From Podarcis melisellensis (taxonomy: Eukaryota): a stretch of DNA of 64,000 nt. Below are positions 1 through 13,257 of the stretch, one piece after another (positions within the stretch are counted from its first letter, which is position 1; the number at the start of each line of letters is the position of its first letter). The notes under the pieces were generated by a model that saw only the letters and a list, made by a program, of their open reading frames with translations, did not search any database and had not been told where the DNA came from. The DNA lies in NCBI GenBank assembly GCA_964234715.1, contig OZ174282.1; one strand, given 5' to 3'. Both the position numbers and the translations under genes were made by a program.

Positions 1-738
1 TGTGAACAGGAGATGAAAGCCAGGCAAAGATTTCAGATTTGGGTATCTTTCCTCCCCAATGGCAGGCAGAACGTGGTACATCAGACCGCAGAGCCACCGT
101 GTTTTGTTTTTATTTTGCATTTTTATGCTGTGAACTGCCCCGAGATCTTCAGATAAAGGGTGGTACACAAATTTAATAGATAATAATAGAAGGGGATTAA
201 ACAAATTCAGGTGTAGTGTAGTGGGAGATGAGGACCTTGGGAGACCAGGGTTCAAATCCTCACTTAGCCATCAAACTCAGCGGGTGACCCTGGGACCAGT
301 CACAGTCTGTCTCAGTCTAATCTACTGCATAGGGTTGTTGGGAGGATGAAGATGTGGAGGAACGTAAGAAAATCCTAGATGGCACTAGTCCAGCGGCCTG
401 TTCTCACAGTGCCTGTCAGAAACTGGCAAGCAGGACCTAAGGCTAAGCACTCTCCCTTCCTGTGGCTTCAGAAATATTACTGCCTCCAACCACGGAGGGA
501 GAGCTTAGCCATTGTGACTTTTAGCTACTGCCTTTACCTCCATGAATTTTTCCAATCCTCTTTTTAAGTCAACCAAGTAGGTGACCATCACTGCCCTTTC
601 TGGGAGCAAACTCCATAGTTTAATAACTGTACGCTGCATGAAGAAGTCCTTCCTTTTATCTGTCCTGAATCTTGGCACAAGAGTATTATGCCAAAGCTCA
701 GTTACGTTAATGTTCTTGCTTTTGTTTCCACAGCAACA

Positions 739-819
739 ATGTCAGAAGGGGACAGTACTGGCGAGTCCATTCATGGCAAACCTTCAGTGGTCTTTAGATT
801 TTTCACAAGACTTGGACAG
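739..819 (+). CDS. RER1: RER1 coding exon 1 (MSEGDSTGESIHGKPSVVFRFFTRLGQ)
   Basis: Acceptor tttccacAG ends at 733, ATG at 739, donor GTTAGT at 820. Peptide matches the vertebrate RER1 N-terminus. Confidence 0.97.
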
Positions 820-1233
820 GTTAGTTTCACATCAGGGGCTGAGAGATGCATAAATAAAAATCAAAGGAGTTATCACTCAGGGTAGTTTAAAGCTGCAGCT
901 TACAGAAAGGAACTGCAGCCAGATCTCTCACCTTCTACTTGCCCATAGGAACGGTGGAAGAGGCATCAGGTATCTGGGGAACTCTTGACTGGGAGCACTC
1001 AAATTGCACTGTGTGCACATTCAAGATTGCACTCACCATGCAGTCAGTCCTGCAGATAGTTCTGTATTTTTGAGTCCTGTTGAACTCAATGAGACGACCA
1101 TGTGTGAAACGTTTGCCCCTCTCCAACATTGTTGGGCTACAGCTCCCATCATCCCTGACCATTGACAATGCCGATGGGAGCTGGAGCCCCAAAACTCTGT
1201 GTACACTGTACTGTAGTAGTAGTAGTAGTAGTA

Positions 1234-1269
<36 letters not shown>

Positions 1270-1498
1270 TACCCCGCCCACCTAGCTGCGTTCCCCCAGC
1301 CACTCTGGCCGGCTCCCAACAGAATATTAAAAACACGATAAAACATCAAACATTAAAAACTTTCCTAAACAGTATACAGGATCGCTGCTGTAATTGTTAG
1401 CTATACAATGCTCTTGTAATAGCTTGCAGTCTTTTGACAGGTGATATGCTGTTTTTATTAGCAACTTGATGAATATCCTAATACTGCATTTTTTCTAG

Positions 1499-1603
1499 AT
1501 TTATCAGTCCTGGTTAGACAAATCTACTCCTTATACTGCAGTGCGATGGGTTGCAACGCTGGGTTTAAGTTTTATCTACATGATAAGAGTTTATCTACTG
1601 CAG
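1499..1603 (+). CDS. RER1: RER1 coding exon 2 (IYQSWLDKSTPYTAVRWVATLGLSFIYMIRVYLLQ)
   Basis: Bounded by ttttctAG and GTAAGA; 105 nt, phase 0-0. Confidence 0.97.
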
Positions 1604-3078
1604 GTAAGAGGACTGAGCACCACTTGCAGGTCCTGCTGCATGTGTGTGGAGTCACTCTGTTTATTGTTGGTTCAAAGATATTTATGTTTGATGGAAGCAA
1701 GAGTTTTTACTTCCTTTACATACCTTTAACGAGAGATACATGTGATGTGCAAGATAATTGTCTGCACAAATGAAATGTCACAGAACTAATATGTGTAGCA
1801 CTGAAAATTATTTGATTCAGAAGATAATAGTACTGATCTGATTATTGAAGCAGTATCTTAACATGATAAATAATGAACATAATAAACCTCCTGTTAGTTT
1901 TTTGTAAGGAAAGAATGGTAATCTGAAAGCACTTCTATGATTCTGTTTTTGTGTCGGTTTGGGTATAACCAGTGTTAAGGGTTTTCTTCAGGTCTGGAGA
2001 ACCCGTGGCTTTCCAGATGTTGCTGGATTACAGTTCCCATCATCTCTTAGCATTGACCACTTTAATGAGGGTTGATGGGAGGTGGAGTTCAACAACATCT
2101 GGAGGACCAGATTACTGCAACAGTATATGCACCTGGGAGCACGTGCCATTTACTCAGTAGGTAAATTTATACCAGTAGATTGTTCCATTGTTATCTGTAT
2201 TTATGCCAATTGAAAAATCACCTTATGAGCTGGAACATTGGAATCATTTCAGATTATTTTGAGAAGCTGGCCTCCTGCCACCCTCCTACCCCACCTTCTG
2301 ATTACTTATTTTAGCAGTGTCCCTGTTTGTCTGCTTGCCCTTGTTTAGATTAAAACCTCTAAGCTGCAGGGAAAAATAAATTCATCCGACTGTAACAAAG
2401 TGGAGGAACAAGCACCATAGGAGAATAGCAGATTTCTGTTTGGATTGCTTTTGAGCACCTCCATTTTAGCCTTAAGATGCATCTACATTGGGAAATCTTC
2501 AGGCTCAGGGTGTGCTTGTTCATTACATTCGTTCCCCACACACTTGCATCTTTATTTGCTCCTACTTTATTAAGATCTCTGCCACCCCCCTAAATATCCT
2601 GCTACTCTTTTATCTCTCCTTATTTCCCTTTTGCTCTCATGCTGTTTTCTTCTTAGTATGCTTTATTCCTTGCTTCTAGTTGATTTAGGCAGCTTCAAAC
2701 ACCTTTGATCATTGGTCATGTTTACTGGGTGTGGTAGGAACATCATCAGGGGATGGACAGACAGGTGCCCAATCCTCATTTGCCCTGGATATGATTTACA
2801 TTATTCATTTACTATATATTGCTGAGCCCTACCATTTCAGACTAGCCAACACGGTGCCCCCCAGATTTTTTTTGGACTACAGCCCCCATCATGCTGGCTG
2901 GGGCTGATAAGGGTTATAGTTGACAATATTTGGGGAGCACTATGTTGGCTACCCCCAACAACCCCCTCATATAGTAAGTATTGCAGATTGTGCACAAGCA
3001 GTTTTGTGTAGGTAGGTGTGTTTCTGTACTTAGAGCCATGTCCTCATTTGACATTTTCTTCTTCCTTCCCCTTCCTAG

Positions 3079-3178
3079 GGTTGGTACATCGTGACATATG
3101 CCTTGGGCATCTACCACCTAAACCTTTTCATAGCTTTCTTGTCGCCAAAGGTAGATCCCTCTCTAATGGAGGACTCAG
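3079..3178 (+). CDS. RER1: RER1 coding exon 3 ([33 protein letters not shown])
   Basis: Bounded by cttcctAG and GTATAA; 100 nt; Rer1 family sequence. Confidence 0.97.
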
Positions 3179-4470
3179 GTATAAAGAACGTCACTAGTCC
3201 TGCTTTTCTCTTGCGCGGGTGTTGGTTGTCGCATGAACTTATTATATATCAGATGTGGGGAAGCCTTTTCAGCCTGAGGACCACATGCCAATGCTTGGCA
3301 GGGCTATAGGCAAAAGTTGGGAGAGCAACAAATGTCTATTTCACCTTTTCCATAACAGGCTAGTTTCTGTACGCACTCACATTGCATTAGTTATGCTTCA
3401 TCCAGGCAAGAACGAAGCATCAGAAGGCTTCAAGGACACATTCCAGTCTGGCAGAAACACACAAGGCGGGCAGGGTGTGTGTGCAAAGCAGGGCTGGTGA
3501 GCAATGTAGCTTGGGGAGAGTCATGAGAATCAGATGGAGAGGCTTGGAGGTTTCTGCTTGTCCACTATGAGAAAAGGATGCTAACCCTGATATGTGTACA
3601 CGCACACACACACACACCTAGAACATATTGGGGATTTAGGCACAGCTTAGTATGTTTTAAGCTGCACCTGCTATCTATGGGTACGAAGAGTGCTGGACTT
3701 TAGTGTGGAGTGCCAACCACTTCTCAACTTTATTGAGTGGACAGACTCCCAATTATCCCACAGAAAACAGTGTCTTTTGTAATGTTATAACACTGTATGT
3801 TTGCTTGTGGCCCTGTGTGGATTTTCATAGCAAGAACAACTGACTCCTGTAAGGTTTGAATGTAAGAGTTCAACCAGTGCCACTCACATCCTGTGGATTG
3901 CATGGCACATAACTGAATATGACACCTTCTAGGAGTTGAGTGATTTCGTTTTTAGCTCCTAGGATAAACATATAAATGATGTATTAGAAATGCTGACAGA
4001 GTTTTGACAGAGCCAGAGTTAGAATCCCTGATTTTGTGTTACTTCCTTCACTTCCCTGTGGATTAAAAGACCTCCCCTCCAATTGAGACTGGAATGACAT
4101 TGCTTTCACGTTTCATACTTTGTGGAGATCTGTGCTGCAATTTCTCTTGCACGTAACAGCCCTTTGATCACCTGTTAATAATTTTTTGTTTCCTTGTACA
4201 CTTTAATGGGTGATTTGTCTCTAGCACAGTCATTCATACCTGCTCTAAGTGTGGTGGTAGCAACGGAGCCTCCTTACATCAGATAAGGCTGTCCATTGAG
4301 CTCAGTATTGTCCAACCTGATTGGCAGCGCCGGTCCAATGTCTCCGGCAGAGGCCTCTCCAAACATCTGCTACTGACCTTTGTTAACTGGGCATGCCAAG
4401 GGTTGAACCTGCAAGAGTTAAATGCAGAAGAAAGCAGTTCCTAAGACTTTGCATTTCCTCCTCTTCTCAG

Positions 4471-4549
4471 ATGAGGGTCCTTCATTACCTACAAAACAAA
4501 ATGAGGAGTTTCGGCCCTTCATTCGAAGGCTGCCAGAGTTCAAATTCTG
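4471..4549 (+). CDS. RER1: RER1 coding exon 4 ([27 protein letters not shown])
   Basis: Bounded by ttctcAG and GTGAGT; 79 nt; contains the [15 protein letters not shown] signature. Confidence 0.97.
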
Positions 4550-5480
4550 GTGAGTACATTTTAATAGCAATGCAAAAGGATTCAAGTCCCTGATCCTTCA
4601 TCTTTCCTGTTCTCCTGCCTCTCATAGGTATGCCTTCTCTTTGGCCTCAAGCTTGTGCCTCCTTCCTTACACTGTGTACTTAACAGTTGCCCAGTTGCCA
4701 CCTCCCCCAAATCTCTGGCCTTCTAGTGCCTTTTCAGTATTAGCCACCTCTTCCACATGATAGGTATGCTTGATTTGAAGGCTCAACTCAGGCGTCACAA
4801 GTCCAAATATCCATCAGTATTGCATTGAGCCTTAGTCTTAACCATAACATAAATCACAGAAGGAGGGATGGAGGAAAGGGGGCAGGGAGGAAAAGCTGCA
4901 AACTCGGGTATTAAACCTAGGTTAGACCAGCTGAAATGGAAACAGTTCAGCTAGCCTGATGAAATGGCTACTGCTAGGTGACAGCTACAAGAAGGGTCCA
5001 AAGACAGCTGGTCCCTCTGCGGAAGTGATAGAATCATCTTTTCTGCCTCTTAAGGCATCATACGAGAACCTTCTGCTGTGAGGTGCAGGATAGCAATGCT
5101 GAGGAAGAGGTGGAAATAGTCTTTTATGGCTTAGATGTAAGGAATGTTGCTGTGGGCTTGGTCCTCCTTCCCACTCCTAGGCAAGTTTCTCCCTTGGCTT
5201 CATGGTTTTCTATAACCATTATTTGCTGTGGAACAGCAAAGTATCACGAGAGCCTTGATTTCCAAGGATGATCAGAAGCCTCTTTTTGCAGACTCTGATG
5301 CAGACGTTAGCACTAACCATGAATTGCAGATTCAGGTGTCACAGCAACCTGGTCGGGGAAAACCAGGAAGTGGTGGGGAGAATGCTGGAGATCAGGAATG
5401 GTATGTGAATTGGGCATTAATGTCCTTAAAAGAATTTCAGTACACAGTCAACCTAACTGCAACTATATTTTCCTTCCAAG

Positions 5481-5616
5481 GCACTCTGCTACTAAAGGCA
5501 TCCTTGTCGCAATGACATGTACATTCTTTGAGGCTTTCAATGTTCCAGTTTTTTGGCCAATTCTTGTGATGTACTTCATTATGCTTTTCTGCATCACAAT
5601 GAAAAGGCAAATCAAG
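5481..5616 (+). CDS. RER1: RER1 coding exon 5 (HSATKGILVAMTCTFFEAFNVPVFWPILVMYFIMLFCITMKRQIK)
   Basis: Bounded by ccttccaAG and GTAAGA; 136 nt; VPVFWPIL motif. Confidence 0.97.
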
Positions 5617-6061
5617 GTAAGAATCTAACCAAGTCGTTCTTTTTTCCAGGTTGTGGATTCTCCTAAACATGAGAGAGGGAGGGATTGCCCCAACATAATG
5701 GCAATATCACTGGCTATGTTGTAGCTCAAAAATTGCTAGTGGTGGTGGTTTTTCTGAAAGACCCCCATAGTTGGAGTAGAGTTTGAGGCTTTGTCCAACA
5801 TGGATGAGGGTATTCTGGGGGCTGTTTCCAATGTGACCTCCCTCCATTTTTAAAAAAAGGGGGGAAAATGACTTCTCCTGTGGATCCCCTGCTGTGATAC
5901 TTGAACTCAAAAAACATTTTAGTGGACATCCAGCTTGTAAAAGAAAATACTAATTGCTCCCATAGGCTCCCCCTATTGATAGTGATGCCCCCTAAAGGCC
6001 TTATTTTTTAAAAAAAAATAAGTGGGTTGTATCCAATTAAGTATTGCTAAGAGTAGAGCCA

Positions 6062-6407
6062 GTGGGATGCGGGTGGCGCTGTGGTCTAAAGCACAGGGCC
6101 TTGCTGATCAGAAGGTCGGCGGTTCGAACACCCGCGACAGGGTGAGCTCCCGTTGCTCGGTTCCTGCTTCTGCCAACCTAGCAGTTCGAAAGCATGTCAA
6201 AGTGCAAGTAGATAAATAGGGACCGCTCCAGCGGGAAGGTAAACGGCATTTCCGTGCGCTGCTCTAGTTCACCAGAAGCGGCTTAGTCATGCTGGCCACA
6301 TGACCCGGAAGCTGTATGCCGGCTCCCTCGGCTAGTAAAGTGAGATGAGCACTGCAACCCCAGAGTCGTCTGCGACTGGACCTAACGGTCAGGGGTCCCT
6401 TTACCTT
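6062..6407 (+). mobile_element. Full-length Sauria SINE in a RER1 intron
   Basis: tRNA-like head, ACCTTT-type tail; TSD TAAGAGTAGAGCCA at 6048-6061 and 6408-6421. Confidence 0.93.
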
Positions 6408-6616
6408 TAAGAGTAGAGCCATTGAAATTAATGAACCTAAGTTAGTCATGTCCATTAGCTTCAATGGATCTACTTTAGGTAAGACGGGTATTGGTACAAC
6501 CCATTGTTCTTTGGTCACACCCACTTTTGATATGTGGCCCACAAAGCGTTGTCCACAGCCCTAAGTTCCTCCAAGATAGCCACTGCTGTTCAAACACATG
6601 AGCACATTCAGGTGTT

Positions 6617-7062
6617 GGTTTTTGTTTTTTTTATAAAAATATATTTATTAAAGTTTTAAGAGGTACAAAAAGAAAAAGCAAAAAAAAATCATTTTAAGCA
6701 AAAAACAATACAACACATCCCAATAGACAAAAGAAAAAAAGAAAAATAGAGAAAAAGCAGAGAATTAAAATCCATTCAGCAAAAAAGAAAAAAAAACAAA
6801 GAAACATACAGCAAATCTTCCATTGCCTTTCATTAGCTTATTTCCCTGACTTCCTCACACCTCCCTTATTTGTATTCTAGATTGATTATCCATTTCAGCC
6901 AATCCTTTCCCTCTTTTCAAATTTTTGTCCTGTAATTTATCTTAATATTAATATAGCTTTACTTCCCCTCCTTTCACCAATTAACAGTCTGTTTTTTCCT
7001 AAACCTTTGTAACATTTTTGCTAAATTCACATAAATTCATTCCAACATCATTCTAACATTCA
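6617..7062 (-). mobile_element. L1 3'UTR fragment just upstream of the last RER1 exon
   Basis: T-rich end with TTTATT; starts with ...GAATGTTAG, like the EC* end of L1 ORF2; TSD CACATTCAGGTGTT at 6603-6616 and 7063-7076. Confidence 0.75.
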
Positions 7063-7155
7063 CACATTCAGGTGTTTGAGGCGGAGTGGGCAGAGGGAGG
7101 GGAGTGCCATGGGTGTGTTCTAAAAGCCTGTGTTTTTCTTTCCCTTCTGTTGCAG

Positions 7156-7245
7156 CATATGATAAAATATCGATATATACCCTTCACACACGGCAAGAGG
7201 AAATACAAAGGGAAGGAAGATGTGGGGAAGACCTTTGCTAGCTAG
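7156..7245 (+). CDS. RER1: RER1 last coding exon (HMIKYRYIPFTHGKRKYKGKEDVGKTFAS*)
   Basis: Acceptor ctgttgcAG, stop TAG at 7243-7245. The six exons total 591 nt = 196 aa plus stop. Confidence 0.97.
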   Translation, partial: HMIKYRYIPFTHGKRKYKGKEDVGKTFAS

Positions 7246-8284
7246 AAATTATACTGAGCCTGCTGACCAACTCCCTTCATTACAATTAAAAGTCCAGTTT
7301 TGAGCCATTGTAATGATGCCTCTTTCCTTCATACCAAGTCATCAGTAATAACGAGGGTGGGGACTAAGAAGTTGTATTTCTCCCCCCGCCCCCTGCAGTT
7401 TATTGAGCGTCAGGCTCCCCGCCCCCTCCCCCCCCCCCGCAAGAGAATATCAGCCATATCATCTTGTTATTCTTTGGATATATGTTATGTCCAAGGGCTG
7501 CTTCTGCCCCCCCCCCCTTTCTGTTGTTGCACAACAGGAGTCATCCCATGTTCTCAAAACATCTCATAGGAAGTACACGCTACTGGTTCCAGCTCCTTGG
7601 AAGTGCAGGATTTGAGTGGCAATTTCACAAGTTTCTGGTGCACATTTAGCAAGACAGAGTAATAAGAGAAGATAGAACATTCATTTCAAGCCCCCTCCTC
7701 ACAAAAGTATAGCCTAGTGTGGAACAGGGGAGTTCCCACAACTGTATTTATTTATTTTTGGGTCCTTTGTGTTGATCTAGTCCAGAATGCATCCTGGTAC
7801 ATTGTTGAAATGCTTTGTGCATCCACAGAGGAAGATGAGACACGGTGATAATGTTTTCTGCTTTGTAATGTCCCAGGTTTTGACTAACAGGCTGTTTACA
7901 GGACCTCTGGTGATATTACTTAAGAGGGAAACTTGTGAACGTTGAAATAAGCCTACCCTGAGTTTTTTATGTTCAAAGTGGAAAAGGAATTAATTGATTT
8001 AGCATTTATGGTGGAAAGGCTGATTTCTTTTTGGCTCTTTCATAATGGCTCACTATTATTCTTAATCATGTTTTTTGGGGCCAGGGTTTGCTGGAGGTCT
8101 GGAATTAAATTTATAAAAAAATATTATGTGGAGAGTATTTTGACACGTTTTATTTGATACTTTAAAAAACTTTTTAAGTTTGCTTCATGTAGCCCTCTCC
8201 AAGGTACATATACACTGGCCATGGCAGACTGAGACTTTGTGGGTTTTAACACAGCTTTTAATTTTCTATGGAGAAAAATATAGA

Positions 8285-8375
8285 AATAAATGATCTGCAT
8301 GTAAAACTTTTTCAATGTGATACAGCTATAAACAATTTTATTAAGTGACTTTTTAAAATTCCAAACTTTATTAAA
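8285..8375 (+). terminator. Candidate RER1 polyadenylation signals (AATAAA 8285-8290, ATTAAA 8370-8375)
   Basis: Hexamers at the end of an AU-rich stretch about 1.1 kb after the RER1 stop; GU/U-rich sequence follows 8375. Confidence 0.5.
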
Positions 8376-8468
8376 AGACAGTGTCCCTTTCTTGGGTTCA
8401 GTAGTCTTTATAACAACCAACGTAAGGTACTAAGTGTTAACATTTCTTCCTTTTTCTCTAAACGTTAT

Positions 8469-8583
8469 GTTGTATCCAAAGTACTATGTAGAACAGAACC
8501 TTGAAAATAATGGGTGTGAGTAACTTAAGTCTACTAATTTCAGTGGGTCTACTCAGAGTAGCATTAACATTGGATGCAACCCA
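8469..8583. mobile_element. About 115-bp palindromic MITE; other copies at about 6024-6503 (split), 11406-11513, 12995-13115, 48993-49096, 58983-59575 (split)
   Basis: Termini GGGTTGTATCCAA...TTGGATACAACCC with a self-complementary interior, recurring in the window. Confidence 0.65.
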
Positions 8584-9607
8584 TTCTATTTAAATATTTT
8601 GGAATAATGTATTTGAACTCTAGCTGTTCGAAAGCAGTCCTTTGCATTACTGTGCAAACCATAGCTGCTCATGATGCAGTCTAAAAGGAAATTTACACTC
8701 TGTGTTGGGCGGACTTGTGATAAGTGTAAAATATCCTGTGCCATGTGAATTGGATCGCTCCACTTTCAGCAGTATGGAAAAAAATCTGTTGCCCTCACAC
8801 CCTAATGTTCTTAGAAGTCAGTCATAGGGGGATCTGTTTACATTTCTAAACAATACTATGAAAAATATTGTACAAGGGACCAGAGGTATTACAGAAGAAA
8901 ATTGCAATGAATAATCCTGATCCTTACCACTGTGCATAGAAGCAAGTTCCAGTGATATCAATTGGGCTTTAATATCTGTTAGTATATGTGTTAATAAAAT
9001 GGTATGGAGCTGGGACAGTAGCTAGAAAAGTAGACTAAGTAAATTTGTCAGAGGTTAATTCATGCTCTCCTCTGTATCAGACCTCAGCTGCATTACTCTA
9101 GGACTAAAACGTCACAGTGTAGAAGGGCAGACACATACCCTCCCCTATGTGGAAACGTGTTCACACCAGCTCTAGCTGTGTGGTGCAGCTTCTACTGTAT
9201 ATTCCTTCTGCCAAGGGTGGCAAACCAGTAGTCCTACAGGTGTTGTTGGTCCACAACTCCCTTCCTCTCCGACTATTAGCCATGCATGCCAGGCCTGATG
9301 GGAGATGATCCAGCAACAGCTGGTAGAGGCACTCTATTGGCTACTTTTGCCTTATATACCCACCGTACAAGATTACCCCAATCTCTGCCAAACTGAATTT
9401 CTGACAGTCGCTGCACTGTAGGGTGCTCATTCCAACTTAGAACTTCAGCTTTATATTAAAAAAAACCTAAGCAACAACTAATTTATTAGGCATAGGGGAT
9501 TTTAGCAGCACACAAACTCAAAATTAATTTCCATATGCATGCCCTAGTATCTTTTGGAATGGTAAAATGTTCTTATTAAGTTACTACCTCTCAGAGAATG
9601 TAGTTTC

Positions 9608-10003
9608 CCATAAGATTAGCCCGGCTGAATCAGGTCATAGACCCATCAAGTCCAGCATTCTGCTCTCAGGGGCCAACCAGATGCCTCTGGGAGGCCTGTA
9701 AGCAGGACCTGAAGGCAAGTGCACGTTCCCCTCCATTTTCCAGTGGCTGGTATTGAGAAACATACTGCCTCCACTCACAGAGGCAGAATATAAGCATTGT
9801 GGCTAGTAGCCATTGATAGCCTTATTCCCCATGGATTTGTCTTAATTCTTTTTTTTAAAGCGACCCAATTGCTGGCCATCACTGCCTCTTTTGGGAGCAA
9901 ATTCCAAAGTATTAACTTTCTGCTGTGTGAAGAAGTACTTTGTTTTATCCCGACCCCCCCCCAACATTCAGCTTCATCAATGTCAACGAGTTACAGTGTC
10001 ATG
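9608..10003 (-). mobile_element. Older CR1-family 3' fragment; related copies at about 361-672, 14320-14605, 24890-25390, 29620-29930, 42545-42660
   Basis: Shared degenerate blocks (CATCACTGCCTC..GGGAGCAAATTCCA, GGCCAACCAGATGCC) recur across the window. Confidence 0.65.
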
Positions 10004-10302
10004 AGAACACTACTGGTAGGTCTAGCAGATGCCTGCCAACGCTTAAAAGGGTTATACCAGAATTTAGGTAGATTTGTGTGCTTTGTTCTACAAAGAAAGA
10101 GGATCAACACCAGAAGTTTGTTTTGTAAGATGACAAGTTCGTATCTCCTTGTACAGGCAGTGCAACTCAAGTGTTAAGCTGCTCAGTTTTATCACAGCAA
10201 TTTAATATCATAATATCAAAATAAAGTCTTACACTTGGTCAAAAGCTGTAGTATTTTTGTTGGTGCTAACACTTTGCAATCTAACAGCTGCACAGGTGGC
10301 TG

Positions 10303-10371
10303 TTATCGATAGTGTTGCAGATAAATCAGCTTCTGCGGATGGAATTTCTCTCTGCACAGTGGGCACTCAGC
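10303..10371 (-). CDS. PEX10: PEX10 last coding exon ([22 protein letters not shown])
   Basis: Acceptor ctcctgcAG, stop TAA at 10303-10305; completes the C3HC4 RING finger. Confidence 0.96.
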   Translation of the reverse strand, partial: AECPLCREKFHPQKLIYLQHYR

Positions 10372-11151
10372 CTGCAGGAGGGGGGAAATAAATATCTTAA
10401 CTAAACATCTCCCAGTACTCAGTTTGTAAGTCTTTTTCGAGCTAGCTTTTTCTGACAGTTACTTGTTTGCACACTCTAAGTTCTCTACAAATGGAACCAC
10501 AGGCCTTCCCTCAGTACCAGGGGCTTTTGATGGTATGTAGAACTCTTACAGGCATAGAGCTATATTTATAGACAGGATTGTGTAGATGCTGTGGAAGTGC
10601 AGAAGAGCTACATGCTGTGGTATCTAGAGCTGCTATTTAAAACATTTCTAACCTGCCCTTCATTGCAATGTGATATCAATGAAGAGTTTGAGGTGCTAGA
10701 GTCAATTCTACAGCAGTAAACCAGTTCTTAAAAACTAATAGGAACTAACCCTCAGTCTAGTCATTTTGAGTCCATCTGTTGAACTGCAGCTCCCATTATC
10801 CCTGACTATTGGCCATGTTGGCTGGGGCTGCTGGACTCCCAACAACATCTGGAAGACATAAGGCTCCTCGTCCCCGAATTAAGGAATTGTCTTAACAGAT
10901 TATCAACTAGACTCAGATAATGCAAGTGCATATTGGCACCTGCTAGAATTGAAAGTTGATAACTCAAATCACATGCAGTTTCCTCCTTTGGTAAGACATT
11001 GGTAAGAATTAAACCAAGGAGCTATTTCAGGGAACCCACTTCTTTGGCTTGTCTTTTCCTACAGCTCTCATTTCCACTGCAAAAAGGAAACCTGACAGGA
11101 CTTGGCTTTTGTTTTAAGAGTTCAGCAGCCTAGGAGGGGGTCTGTGTTTAC

Positions 11152-11287
11152 CTTGGTGTTGCACCACTCAGTGATGCATTCCCAGCAGAAGAGGTGTCCA
11201 CACGGAGTGGCTGTAGCATGGCGGCGTTCTTCTAAGCACAGAATGCAGCGAGAGCTTCGGCCAAGGAACTTCTCCTCAGGCTGGATT
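11152..11287 (-). CDS. PEX10: PEX10 exon 5 ([45 protein letters not shown])
   Basis: 136 nt, AG/GT bounded; RING motif CxxC...[12 protein letters not shown]. Confidence 0.97.
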
Positions 11288-12292
11288 CTGAGGGAGGACA
11301 AAGTCAGGCACAAGTGCTCTTCAGGTTAATGTCCCAAGGGAGATGATGCTTCTGCTGCCAAGGTTCTAGCATATGACACCATCAGGAGAAACTTAGCTTT
11401 TTAACAGGGTTATAGCCAATGCTAGTCCTACTCAGAGTAGACATGAAAGAAAGTGACGTTACTAACATGGGTCTGTTTCAGGTCATCTACTCTTGAGTAA
11501 ACATTTGCACCCATTTTTTAAAAAAGGATTACGCTCCTAGCCCTCATACTTTTGACTGCTGTTCCTGGGTAGTACTGCTTTCTGCCTAAAAATAAAGGTG
11601 TGGGGAAATGATCTTCAAAGTTACTTAGCAAGTTCCAACAAGACGCAAAGCCACCCAACAAGAGTTATTTTTCCAAGGTAGGGGTAGGCATACTGTTCTT
11701 GGTTTTTTGGTTCTCCTTTTTCCTTTCCCCTCCATATATCACCCTCTGCCATTTACGTACCGAGAATTCCATGTACTGAAAGCCCAGTGTTTGCAAGCAC
11801 AATATAACCAACCCATTCAAATTACACAATTCATTTTAACCAGATCAATTACACACTGAGTTTGTTACCCAGTTTTGATGCCAGGACACAGTTTTAGCCA
11901 TTCTTAACACCTGTTGATTGTCAAGTACAATATTAAGTTAATCTAGGTTTTCAAACACAGCTCAGATGCCACTGCACGCCCCCCCCTTCATTCCAGCTAA
12001 TAATACACCATAGTTCAAGAACATTGGGAGGAACCTTTTTTATCCTGCAGGCCACATTCCCTTCAAGGTTACTTTCCAAGGGCTGTAGGCCAGTAGTGCG
12101 CAGGGACACAGGGAAAGGTGTGTGAACAAATACATAAACACTGGGTGCAAAGCAGCACCAGTGAAGGCTGTAGCCTGGGCACAATTTTGATGGCCAGAGA
12201 GGGTCCTGAATATTTGATCCCCAGGCCTGAGGCTCCCAGGCATCTACGCCCCCCCCCGTAAGCATCTGGTAAGCAAAATGCCACCAGCGTAC

Positions 12293-12468
12293 CTTGGGTA
12301 GGAGAGGTTACGGTGCACCTTCCATTCTTGTCTTGCCCTCTGCCTCTGTTGGAAGCTGTATGCATGGATACCAACTGTTAGTGCCAGGTGCAGCACTGAA
12401 AGGATCCCAAGAAGCCTGTAACTTGACCGAACATGCTGGTTGTCTCCATCTAATCCCGCATAGCGCAG
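12293..12468 (-). CDS. PEX10: PEX10 exon 4 (LRYAGLDGDNQHVRSSYRLLGILSVLHLALTVGIHAYSFQQRQRARQEWKVHRNLSYP)
   Basis: 176 nt; acceptor after a C12 tract, donor GTACGC; SYRLLG and QRQRARQEW motifs. Confidence 0.95.
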
Positions 12469-13257
12469 CTGGGGGGGGGGGGAGACACAAAACCACCACT
12501 TGATATTGATGATATTGATGAACCTAGAGAACTGCAGTGTGATGGCTATTTGAAGTACAGATTTTGTTTAGAAAGAATGGAAACCAGCCCACTTGACTTT
12601 TGAATCTTGAACTGCATCCAGAACAGAATACCATGCTGGTATTGGTGACAGTAGCCCTCCTCTAGAACAGCAGTGGGAACCTATGGCTCTCCAGATGTTG
12701 AACTCCCATCTCTCATCAGCCCCAGCAAGCATGGCCAGTGGTCAGGGATGACAGGGAGTTGTAGCCAAGCAGCTTCTAAAGGGTCACAGGTTCCACATCC
12801 CTGAGCAATACATACGCTTCCAAATTAATCACAAGGAGGGGATCCATACAAAGAAGTAATATGGCACCATAGATATTTAGGGGTAGAGTGGATTCCTAGT
12901 CTTCATTATATTCCTGTTGTACATGTGGCAGTGTTAACAAGTAACAGAAACTCAGGGTGCTGAGAGACAGAAACTGGATGGCAGCCCAAACGTAAGGTTC
13001 TATCCCATCAAGTCCTATGCAGGGAAGACCCATCTGAAATTACTGACTATAACTAACTTGGGTCCCTTAATCTCAGTACGTATACTTTGGGAATGACCAG
13101 CATTGGATATACCCCTTGGTTCCGTTTCCTATTCCCCACTCCTGTCCCAATGCCAGGGATGGAAGTGAGAGCTGCCCACAGTAAACAGTGCCAAAATATG
13201 GGATTTTAGTATATTGCACACAGAACATCAAAGGGCTATCAAATACTTTCTACTTAC

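Noticed and set aside
935-1400. ORFs with poly-L/Y/N/I runs (also 18814-19178, 22715-23081, 28784-29088)
   Set aside because: They are translations of microsatellites at retroelement tails, not genes.
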